A stretch of 63,228 bases of DNA, filler included, from Basidiobolus meristosporus CBS 931.73 (taxonomy: Eukaryota; Fungi; Basidiobolomycota), in assembly GCA_002104905.1 (NCBI GenBank). It is 3 parts of 3 records of this genome, joined end to end, with 100 filler letters (N's around TTAATTAATTAA, not from the genome) between each part and the next. Parts side by side here need not be neighbours in the genome. Positions count along the whole stretch, not along the records: positions 1 to 27,409 come from MCFE01000904.1; 2 more parts are not named here. The stretch is one strand, 5' to 3'. The notes beneath the pieces were generated by a model. That model did no database searches, was not told the origin of the DNA, and saw only the letters and a program-made list of their open reading frames with translations. This document shows positions 9,769 through 19,663 of the stretch, in pieces. How positions within the stretch are numbered: the stretch's first letter is position 1; each line of letters opens with the position of its first letter. A program made the translations under genes and the position numbers.

Positions 9769-10037
9769 CTAGTTGGCAGAGACTCTCACTGCTCCAACGG
9801 TCACTTCTTTTCCGTACTTCGCGATGTGTATCTCGAATTGTTTAGAGGTAATTGTAGCAGTCCTGTTCCTTTTACAGTTGCAATCTTGCAGGGAAGGGTA
9901 CAGGATTACTTTGGCGGAGGTGCTGGGTGGACCGGAAGTGATGCTTGTGGTATCTACCGGTTTGCAGGTCACGTGTTGACATGAGCTGATGTTGACACGC
10001 TGGTTAGCAGTGCCACGGTTAAGGAGTAGAGAACGGG
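9769..10037 (-). pseudogene. Family C pseudogene (C-psi4), 5'-truncated
   Basis: The exon-2-like frame is open (ORF 9769-9972). The start region is lost at ~10037. Confidence 0.75.
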
Positions 10038-11259
10038 GCTAGGGTTTATTTATCACATCAAGCTGGCAGCATTCTACTTGCCAAGTTATTACTGACTGAT
10101 ACTTATATAGACGATCATAAGGTTCATTGTAGTCATACCCAAAATATTATTATCTCTTCAGTATTCTCAACAGCAGTGCAGCGGCCTCAGCACTTGCTGT
10201 TATGAACAGTTTCCTTCACAGGTATGGCTAAAGTCTCAATATACTAAGACATTGGCATGCTGGCATAGGTGATGCAGGCTTTGTACGGCGCTCCAGCTGT
10301 CTTTCAGAGAGGCTCCTACTGCTTAGCTGATTACAGCACACTAGCATAAATAGGCCATGTTTAATCATTATTTCTTGGTACTCGTAGAAAATACCAACAC
10401 GTGACTTGCTTTGTACTCCCACTGCAGGTAGCTACCAGATATACAATTGTACTGCATAGGACTCTACTTCGTATAGTAATTTGGTGTTATTTTGAACACT
10501 GATAAGCAAGAGTAGGAACTCTCCATTGCTTTAAAGCTACTGGTAAAACATAAGCTCAGTAAACTTGTTCTAGGCAGCATTCCAACTCATATTTTCGCAA
10601 TAAATAACCTTGTAGCATATAGAATGGTGCTGATAGCTCCTTGATCCATACTGTTGGCTATTGGAGTGAGCAGACTTTGTAGTGGAGTTAGCCTGCAGTA
10701 GGGATTTTGAACTTACATTGACTCCTTGGTGAGCAGTTCTTTATGTAGTTGATGATTGAAAGTTACTTACAGGCTGCCCAGGTGCAATAGGCCTCTGCTT
10801 TCCTCATTTAAATATCACCAGAACCCTTGGTTTACTGGACACTTCTGAACCAGTATTGCACTATCAGCTTCAGGTACCATATCAAGTGCCAAACATTCTT
10901 CACAATGCTTTAATATTTGAGATATTTACAACAGGCACTATATAACTAAGAATGAAAAAGTAGTAGCCCGAATACTTGAGGCAGCTATCATTATTTGAGC
11001 CGCAATCCCTGCCAATATTACCTACAATGAACTTACTTACAAGCAAGCTATAAGCACTGTTAGATAAGTACAGAAGTATACTAATTTCTATATTATAGCA
11101 TCCTAACTTTAAGCTTATTTATTCCTCGTTCAGCTGACCTATACTTGAGGATGTATTGCGGCAGGTTGACTGTATGCGTAACCGACTAGGAATAAACACT
11201 GGAGTTGGATGTAGCTAGATCGGATCAAGAGATGTTTTAATCAACCGTGCCACTCTTTA

Positions 11260-11511
11260 ATGAATATGAGTTGTGGCAGCAACGGAAGGGGATACGGTGA
11301 TAGGATACATTGGTACATGGAGATGGCGAATGCCGACCAAGGAGTCGAGGAAGAGGAGGGCAATCCTGAAGAGGCCGAGCTATGGGGGAGATACGGCGGG
11401 TATGGGCCGTGGAGGGGCAGATACTGGGGACGAGGACGTTACGGTCGTTACGGTGGTTATGGAGGTCTGTGGGAATATGGAGGCTATGGTGGATGCGACT
11501 GGGGTTGCTGA
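11260..11511 (+). CDS. Leaderless chimeric family A ORF (83 aa), degenerating
   Basis: Same fusion junction as 3152-3421. The core has an in-frame deletion and R>P, R>L and G>E changes. Confidence 0.35.
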   Translation: MNMSCGSNGRGYGDRIHWYMEMANADQGVEEEEGNPEEAELWGRYGGYGPWRGRYWGRGRYGRYGGYGGLWEYGGYGGCDWGC

Positions 11512-11670
11512 ATAAACTCCTTACTAATAAGAGTCAAGGCTTTCGTTCACTCCAGCAACGCAGCTTTTCTGTGTGCTTGAATAAAGTACTGTCGCATTTT
11601 GTCTATCGATAGTGAATGGCCCTGAGTATAATTCGATGGGATGTATTCTTTATAACTCTTGTCGTGAATG

Positions 11671-11913
11671 CTAGTTAGCAGAGACCCCTACTTCTTTTCG
11701 GTTATTTGGAGGTACTCGCAACAATCCTGTTCCTTTTCCTGTTGCAATCTTACAGAGAAGGGTACATTATTGCTTTGGCGGAGGTGCTGGATGGTCCGGA
11801 AGTGATGCTTGCGGTATCTACCGGTCTGCAGGTCACGTGTTGGCATGAGCCGAGTTTGATACGCGGGTTAGCAGTGCCACGGTTAAGGAGCAGAGAACGG
11901 TATTGAATCGCAC
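11671..11913 (-). pseudogene. Family C pseudogene (C-psi5)
   Basis: GTG start, frameshift and two CAA>TAA stops relative to the intact C gene. Confidence 0.75.
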
Positions 11914-12258
11914 TGTGTGTGTTTTACCGTTAAATCGAATATTAAATACGATTGTATAGAGCTATAAGGAGATAGGCACTGTTGGCAAGGAGAGACAGGC
12001 AGAATTACCATGACAATGAAGGGGAGTATTCTATTAGAGTACTTTTTTCAGTCTTGGGAGTACGCATATGATTACTTCAGTTTCTAGCCAAGAGAGCCCG
12101 TTCCTTGCTACTAGTAACATAGAAAGACTTCAAAACGTCATAGTTGCTATAAGCGCAAACCTGATTGAATGCATGCATATAATCGTAGAGTGAAATAACT
12201 CATTGAAATCTCTATAGTCTTACCGTTGGGCATATGACTGATAGTGGTGGTGAAAGAT

Positions 12259-12291
12259 GATGCCCAGTTGATGCCCCGTTGATGCCCCGTT
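12259..12291. repeat. 11-bp VNTR x3
   Basis: Same unit and flanks as 4176-4219. Confidence 0.95.
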
Positions 12292-13418
12292 GATGCGTAG
12301 ATAAGCCTTTCATACGAGGATTCTGATTCAAATACGTCTGCCTCAAACACGGATTTTGACCAGGACAAGACCTTGTGACCATCTGAGCTTTGTGGAGTGT
12401 ATCTAACCATGACGGCTATGGTAGATAAATACACTCATGCTGGAGTATCTATCACATCAGTACTATCATTACTTACACTCTGATCACTGACTGACACCTA
12501 CACCATCATATCTTTGGTGTATAGAAGATCATAAGGTTTGTCGTAGTCATTTTCACAGAACCATTATCTCCTCAGTATTCTCAGCAGAAATACTCTGACC
12601 TCAGCACTCACTGCTATGAGCAGTTCTTCCTTCACTAAATATCAAGTACCCTATATTCTCCACAATATCAAGTACCCTATATTCTCCACAATATCCCAAT
12701 ATTTGAAGATATTTGCAACAGATACTGTACAACTAAGAATGAAAATGGAATGCTTGAGGCTATCAATGGTTGTCATTTAGTAATAATGATCGCAGCTAGT
12801 TCTCAGTGCTTGAACCGCAGCCCCTTCCAATATCAGCTAGCATGAACTTACAACAAGCTATATGCACTGAGAATCTATTCGATAAGTACACTAATTTTTA
12901 TATTATCGCAGCCTAACTTGGAGCTTACTAATTCCGCTTACCATACACCGACCAAGTATATTCTTCAGGATTTACTGCGGTAGGTTAACTGTATGTGTAA
13001 CCGACTGGGAAGAAATACTGGAGTTATCTCAAGAGATGTCATTAATCATGCCATTCTTTAGTAAATATGATGATATAAAGGGAGTTATGGCATCAACGGA
13101 AGGGGATAACGACGCTACAGTGACAGGATACATTGGTACATGGAGATGGCTGCAACTGGAAGTTCACACAATCAATATCAACATATGGCTAACCTGCAAC
13201 ATATCTGCTAAACAAATGATCTTGTGAAGCTTTTCGTTGTGTTATGCGTGTTTGATTGAATGAAGAGCCACTAAACAGTTTCTATTGAACGATCGTATGG
13301 ATCACCCGCAGCGCTTCTCACTGAAGGCAGAGGTAAAGTTGAGTGTCTTTAATAAGCTCCATCATCAGCTTCTGCTATGCGGGTATATATACTCATAATC
13401 AGCTCATTCAGATTCACA

Positions 13419-13838
13419 ATGTACAAGCACCTCTCCATCCCCTTTGCTCTCCTAATTGCCTCATATGCAGTGGCAACTCCTGTGCAGCCAGAAGCAACCA
13501 ATGTAGCAAGTGCTTCCATCTCCATCCGGGACCCACAAAGCGGCAAAATGATAACACAATTCCAATCCGCAAAAGACGAAGATGCTCGCGCCATTCTTGA
13601 CGACATATTCGGCCAAATGTCAGGCGGTGGGTTGGCAGATGAAGAAGTGTCTCCTACAAGTGAAGACACTGACTCTGAAGAGGCCGAGCTTTGGGGTAGA
13701 TATGGTGGCTATGGAAGGTGGGGGAGCAGATACTGGGGACGAGGACGTTACAGTCGCTATGGTGGCTACGGAGGCCGATGGGGATATGGGCGTTACGGGG
13801 GATATGGTGGCTATGGTGGATGCGACTGGGGTTGCTAA
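13419..13838 (+). CDS. Family B secreted GYRW-rich prepropeptide (B2), 139 aa
   Basis: Intact ORF from the ATG at 13419. Close paralogue of B1. Confidence 0.9.
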   Translation: MYKHLSIPFALLIASYAVATPVQPEATNVASASISIRDPQSGKMITQFQSAKDEDARAILDDIFGQMSGGGLADEEVSPTSEDTDSEEAELWGRYGGYGRWGSRYWGRGRYSRYGGYGGRWGYGRYGGYGGYGGCDWGC

Positions 13839-14302
13839 TGCACTACATCCTTACGTTTAATAAATATCATAATGACAATGCTCATCGTAATTAATCAGTG
13901 ATGTTTACCAAGCTGCAGTATGGAGAGAAAGTCGGATATGTGTATGGATAAGGTGGATGTCTAGGCAAAGATAAGTCTTATTGCAGTTTGGCTGTCAATT
14001 ATCTTCATAAATGGTGCCAATCTTTACCTTTAAATGCGGTCAATTTTTACCTTCAATGCTGTCAATTTTTACCTTTTAATGGTGTACTGTTAGTAGTCAT
14101 TTTTTTTCGCATGATAACACTACTCTAGAAGCTCTTATTGTATCTTCCTAATGCCTGTAGAATAGATGCAAAATATAATATATCGTTCGTCCGAAACCCA
14201 TCGATTCCGTGAAGCTTCCTAGATGCGATATCAATCAACCTCGATCTTGTATCTGTATATAAAGGCTGGTGCTGAGCTTTATTGGAGTATTCAACATTCA
14301 CA

Positions 14303-14752
14303 ATGTACAAACAACTTACCGCAGCTTGTGCTCTACTAATGGTCGTCAGTGCCTTTGGAAGTCCCGTAGATGTGTCAAGCACAAATGTAGCGAGCGCATC
14401 CATCTCCGATAAGAACCCGCAAAGCGGTCAAATGGTGAAGAAGTTCTCGTCCAACAAGGAAGAGGATGCGCAGAATATTCGACACTACATCGATGGCATT
14501 CTCGGCCAGATGTCGAGGAATACGTTTGATCAGACTATCTCGAGCAAGCAAGGCGCCGACCAAGGAGTCGAGGAAGAGGAGGGCAATCCTGAAGAGGCCC
14601 AGCTATGGGGGAGATACGGTGGATATGGGCGGCGAAGGGGCAGATACTGGGGACGAGGAGGTTACGGTCGCTACGGTGGTTATGGAGGTCGGTGGGGATA
14701 TGGACGCTACGGGGGATATGGAGGGTATGGTGGATGCGACTGGGGTTGCTGA
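14303..14752 (+). CDS. Family A secreted GYRW-rich prepropeptide (A6), 149 aa
   Basis: Intact ORF from the ATG at 14303, with TATA box at 14256-14263. Confidence 0.9.
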   Translation: MYKQLTAACALLMVVSAFGSPVDVSSTNVASASISDKNPQSGQMVKKFSSNKEEDAQNIRHYIDGILGQMSRNTFDQTISSKQGADQGVEEEEGNPEEAQLWGRYGGYGRRRGRYWGRGGYGRYGGYGGRWGYGRYGGYGGYGGCDWGC

Positions 14753-14880
14753 ATAATAACAAGGATCAAGGCTTTCATTCACTCCAACAACACAGCTTGT
14801 CTGTGTGCTTGAATAAAGTATCGTTGCATTTTATCTATCGATAGTGAATGGCCATGTGATTATGACTCCTATTGAGAATG

Positions 14881-15138
14881 CTAGTTAGCAGAGACTCTCA
14901 CTGCTCCAACGGTCACTTCTTTTCCGTAGTTTCGAGGTAATCGCAGCAAACCTGAACCTTTTCCTGTTGCAATCTTGCAGAGAAAGGTACAGGATTGCTT
15001 TGGCGGAGGTGCCGGGTGGTCCGGAAGTTATGCCTACGGTGTCCAATGGCCCGGCAGTCACGTGTTGCCATGAGCCAAGGTTGATACGCAGGTTGGCAGT
15101 ACCATGTTTAAGGAGGAGAGAACGGTATTGAGTCGTAT
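14881..15138 (-). pseudogene. Family C pseudogene (C-psi6)
   Basis: Homology to family C. The start codon is lost (ATA). Confidence 0.7.
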
Positions 15139-15409
15139 TGTGAGTACTTCACCGTTGAATCGAATATTAAAGAAGATTGTGTAGAGCCATAAGGGGATAT
15201 GCAGAGTTACTAAGATAATGAAGGGGAATAATATACAACTTTATCGTGTGTATGACTTGTTATAGTGTGTGTGGCTTGGGTTTCGATACGTAAACAAATG
15301 GCATAGTTGCTTTGATTGAATGCATGCATATAATCGTAGAGTGAAATAACTCATTGAAATCTCTATAGTCTTACCGTTGGGCATATAACTGATAGTGGTG
15401 GTGAAAGAT

Positions 15410-15616
15410 GATGCCCCGTTGATGCCCCGTTGATGCCCCGTTGATGCCCCGTTGATGCCCCGTTGATGCCCCGTTGATGCCCGTTGATGCCCCGTTGATG
15501 CCCCGTTGATGCCCCGTTGATGCCCCGTTGATGCCCCGTTGATGCCCGTTGATGCCCCGTTGATGCCCCGTTGATGCCCCGTTGATGCCCCGTTGATGCC
15601 CCGTTGATGCCCCGTT
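15410..15616. repeat. 11-bp VNTR, ~19 units
   Basis: 17 units of 11 bp plus 2 of 10 bp. Confidence 0.95.
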
Positions 15617-16842
15617 GATGCGTAGATAAGCCTTTCATACGAGGATTCTGATTCAAAATCGTCTGCCTCAAAACACGGATTTTGACCAGGACAAGATCTT
15701 GTGACCATCTGAGCTTTGTGGAGTGTATCTAACCATGACGGCTATGGTAGATAAATACACTCATGATGAAGTATCTATCACATCAAGCTACTAGTCAAGT
15801 TATTACTTACACTCTGATCACTGACTGACACTTACACCATCATATCTCTGGTGTATAGAAGACCATAAGGTTCATTGTAGTCATTCTCAGCAGAAATACT
15901 CACTTACTGCTATTCCCAACTCTTCCTTCACAGGTATGGCTGAAGTCTCAATATACTGAGAGATTGGCAGGCTTTGTACAGTACTCCAGCAGTCTTTCGG
16001 AGATGCTTTCACTATTCAGCTCACTACAGCACACTAAGCCTAAACATGACATCAGCCAAGCAACAAGCATTATTTCTTGGTACTCATAGTAAATTCCAAC
16101 ACATGACTTGCTTTGTATTCCCACTTCAGGTAGCTATAGGATATACATAAGACTCTGCTTCATACAGTATGTTGGTGCTATGTTGACTATTGCTAAGTGA
16201 ATATATGCTCTACTGGTAAAATATAAAGTCGGTAAACTTATTCCTGTCCGCACAATAGATACCTTTGTAGCCTAAAGCATGTTGGTGGACTTTGTGGTAT
16301 ATGTTTTCTACAATGTCCTAATATTTGAACACGCTTGCTACAACTCATTGGAGATATTCACAAATGAGACTATACAACTAAAAATGATCACTTAATAAAT
16401 GGACGTTGTTTGATAAGAATCCTTCAATACTTGAACCAGCTTATACGAATATCAAACGAACTATATGCACTACAAGGGAATATATTATACAAGTACAGAA
16501 GTACAATAATCGTTATATTTCGTATACCACCGTTCAGCTGAGCTATACACTGACTCCATATATACTTCAGGGCGTGCTGTGGCATGAGTAACCGGCTAGG
16601 AATAAATACTGGAGTTAGATGTAACTAGATAGGTTTATCAAGCTCCATCATCATTCCATTCCTGAAGACACCGACTCTGATGGCAGCAACGGAAGGAGAT
16701 TAGGACGCTACGTTTCTGGGGCACATTGGGACATGGAGATGGCTGCAACTGGAGTCAAAATATGGTCCACACAATCAATAGCGGTATCCTCAATATGTGG
16801 CTAATATGTACAATCCGCTCAACTCCTTCATTCAGATTCAAA

Positions 16843-17020
16843 ATGCACTAGCACTTCTTCATCACCATTACTCTCTTAATCGCTTCGTGTGCAGTGGCGA
16901 TTCCTGTGCAGCCAGAAGTGACCAATATAGCAAGTGCTTCCATCTCCATCCGGGACCCACAAAGCGGCAAAATGATATCACAATTTCAATCCACAAAAGA
17001 CGAGGATACTCGCGCCATTC
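16843..17020 (+). pseudogene. Family B pseudogene, 5' fragment (B3)
   Basis: ATG CAC TAG (stop at codon 3). Homology to B ends at the duplication junction. Confidence 0.85.
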
Positions 17021-17294
17021 TATTGTGAGTACTTCACCGTTGAATCGAATATTAAAGAAGATTGTGTAGAGCCATAAGGGGATATGCAGAGTTACTAAGA
17101 TAATGAAGGGGAATAATATACAACTTTATCGTGTGTATGACTTGTTATAGTGTGTGTGGCTTGGGTTTCGATACGTAAACAAATGGCATAGTTGCTTTGA
17201 TTGAATGCATGCATATAATCGTAGAGTGAAATAACTCATTGAAATCTCTATAGTCTTACCGTTGGGCATATAACTGATAGTGGTGGTGAAAGAT

Positions 17295-17491
17295 GATGCC
17301 GTGATGCCCGTTGATGCCCGTTGATGCCCGTTGATGCCCCGTTGATGCCCCGTTGATTTGATGCCCCGTTGATGCCCCGTTGATGCCCCGTTGATGCCCC
17401 GTTGATGCCCCGTTGATGCCCCGTTGATGCCCCGTTGATGCCCCGTTGATGCCCCGTTGATGCCCCGTTGATGCCCCGTTGATGCCCCGTT
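17295..17491. repeat. 11-bp VNTR, ~18 irregular units
   Basis: Duplicated VNTR with several short or broken units. Confidence 0.9.
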
Positions 17492-18717
17492 GATGCGTAG
17501 ATAAGCCTTTCATACGAGGATTCTGATTCAAAATCGTCTGCCTCAAAACACGGATTTTGACCAGGACAAGATCTTGTGACCATCTGAGCTTTGTGGAGTG
17601 TATCTAACCATGACGGCTATGGTAGATAAATACACTCATGATGAAGTATCTATCACATCAAGCTACTAGTCAAGTTATTACTTACACTCTGATCACTGAC
17701 TGACACTTACACCATCATATCTCTGGTGTATAGAAGACCATAAGGTTCATTGTAGTCATTCTCAGCAGAAATACTCACTTACTGCTATTCCCAACTCTTC
17801 CTTCACAGGTATGGCTGAAGTCTCAATATACTGAGAGATTGGCAGGCTTTGTACAGTACTCCAGCAGTCTTTCGGAGATGCTTTCACTATTCAGCTCACT
17901 ACAGCACACTAAGCCTAAACATGACATCAGCCAAGCAACAAGCATTATTTCTTGGTACTCATAGTAAATTCCAACACATGACTTGCTTTGTATTCCCACT
18001 TCAGGTAGCTATAGGATATACATAAGACTCTGCTTCATACAGTATGTTGGTGCTATGTTGACTATTGCTAAGTGAATATATGCTCTACTGGTAAAATATA
18101 AAGTCGGTAAACTTATTCCTGTCCGCACAATAGATACCTTTGTAGCCTAAAGCATGTTGGTGGACTTTGTGGTATATGTTTTCTACAATGTCCTAATATT
18201 TGAACACGCTTGCTACAACTCATTGGAGATATTCACAAATGAGACTATACAACTAAAAATGATCACTTAATAAATGGACGTTGTTTGATAAGAATCCTTC
18301 AATACTTGAACCAGCTTATACGAATATCAAACGAACTATATGCACTACAAGGGAATATATTATACAAGTACAGAAGTACAATAATCGTTATATTTCGTAT
18401 ACCACCGTTCAGCTGAGCTATACACTGACTCCATATATACTTCAGGGCGTGCTGTGGCATGAGTAACCGGCTAGGAATAAATACTGGAGTTAGATGTAAC
18501 TAGATAGGTTTATCAAGCTCCATCATCATTCCATTCCTGAAGACACCGACTCTGATGGCAGCAACGGAAGGAGATTAGGACGCTACGTTTCTGGGGCACA
18601 TTGGGACATGGAGATGGCTGCAACTGGAGTCAAAATATGGTCCACACAATCAATAGCGGTATCCTCAATATGTGGCTAATATGTACAATCCGCTCAACTC
18701 CTTCATTCAGATTCAAA

Positions 18718-19058
18718 ATGCACTAGCACTTCTTCATCACCATTACTCTCTTAATCGCTTCGTGTGCAGTGGCGATTCCTGTGCAGCCAGAAGTGACCAA
18801 TATAGCAAGTGCTTCCATCTCCATCCGGGACCCACAAAGCGGCAAAATGATATCACAATTTCAATCCACAAAAGACGAGGATACTCGCGCCATTCTTGAC
18901 GACATATTCGGCCAAATGTCAGGCGGTGGGTTGACAAATGAACAAGTGAAGACACTGACTCTGAAGAGGCCGAGCTTTGGGGTAGATATGGTGGCTATGG
19001 AATACAGGGGAGTAGATACTGGGGACGAGGACGTTACGGTCGTTATGGTGCTTACGGA
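18718..19058 (+). pseudogene. Family B pseudogene (B4)
   Basis: Stop at codon 3, a 13-nt deletion between AAGTG direct repeats, and a core truncated before CDWGC. Confidence 0.85.
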
Positions 19059-19297
19059 TTCAATTGAAGTGTTTCTTTTTCGCAGCATTTTTACCAGCCG
19101 CGTTAGTGGAAACACACATACTTACTTCATCAGTATGCTTGTCCCTATCTTACTAACAACAGTATACTAGAGCTAGCACAAAGCTTCCTAATGCTTGTAA
19201 CATAGATTCGACTGGAACCCATCAATTCTGCGAAGTGTCCTAGATGCAATGTCTATTAACCTGGTTTAGTATATAAATCGAGTGTTCAACATTCACA

Positions 19298-19663
19298 ATG
19301 TACAAACAACTTACCGCAGCTTGTGCTCTACTAATGGTCGCCAGTGCCTTTGGAAGTCCCGTGGATGCGTCAAGCACAAATCTCCGATAGAAACCCACAA
19401 AGCGGCCTAGTGGTGAAGAAGTTCTCGTCCAACAGGGAAGAGGAAGCGCAGAATACTCGACACTACATCGATGTTATTCTCAGCCAGATGTCAAGGAATA
19501 CGCTCGATCAGACTCTCTGGAGCAATCAAGGAGTCGAGGAAGAGCAGGGTAATCCAGAAGAGGCCCAGCTAGGGGGGAGATACGGCGGAGGAGCAGATAC
19601 TGGGGACGAGAAGGTTATGGAGGGCGTTGGGGATATGGGCGTTACGGGGGATACGGAGGATGC
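19298..19663 (+). pseudogene. Family A pseudogene (A7)
   Basis: Carries the same 17-nt and 12-nt deletions as A1, plus several core deletions. Confidence 0.85.

Larger units (their letters stand above)
15136..18895. repeat. Near-identical tandem duplication (15136-17020 and 17021-18895)
   Basis: The ORF-track peptides at 16406/18281 and 16797/18672 repeat at a 1875-bp offset. The junction at 17021 interrupts a B pseudogene. Visible differences are confined to the VNTR. Confidence 0.9.

Noticed and set aside
11826-11836. 11-nt GT...AG micro-intron (GTGACCTGCAG, minus strand) that would repair the frame of C pseudogenes
   Set aside because: Far too short, with no branch point. It is partly deleted in two copies, and the copies carry independent start-loss and nonsense changes.
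12638-12695. 26-bp tandem duplication in the spacer
   Set aside because: A single local slippage event with no sign of function.
5391-14302. ORF-track starts at upstream GTG/TTG (5391, 6471, 13377, 14282)
   Set aside because: The conserved ATTCACAATG context, TATA spacing and signal peptides identify the downstream ATG as the start.
1171-14844. Recurrent overlapping ORFs (MRRIFDTTS..., MGEIRRIW..., antisense MLLRSLLSNPS...)
   Set aside because: These are alternate-frame shadows of the G-rich peptide genes. Synonymous variation tracks the GYRW frame.
15410-15616. CRISPR-like array
   Set aside because: Head-to-tail repeats with no spacers, in a eukaryotic context.
15241-17583. STGHQRGINGA repeat proteins
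   Set aside because: An 11-bp unit lacking minus-strand stops gives long ORFs automatically. Unit number and 10-bp variants ignore frame.
1250-19663. Fungal RiPP biosynthetic cluster (dikaritin- or borosin-like)
   Set aside because: No DUF3328, tyrosinase, methyltransferase or peptidase gene lies in the window, and there are no KR-delimited repeated cores. Modification by unlinked enzymes cannot be excluded.
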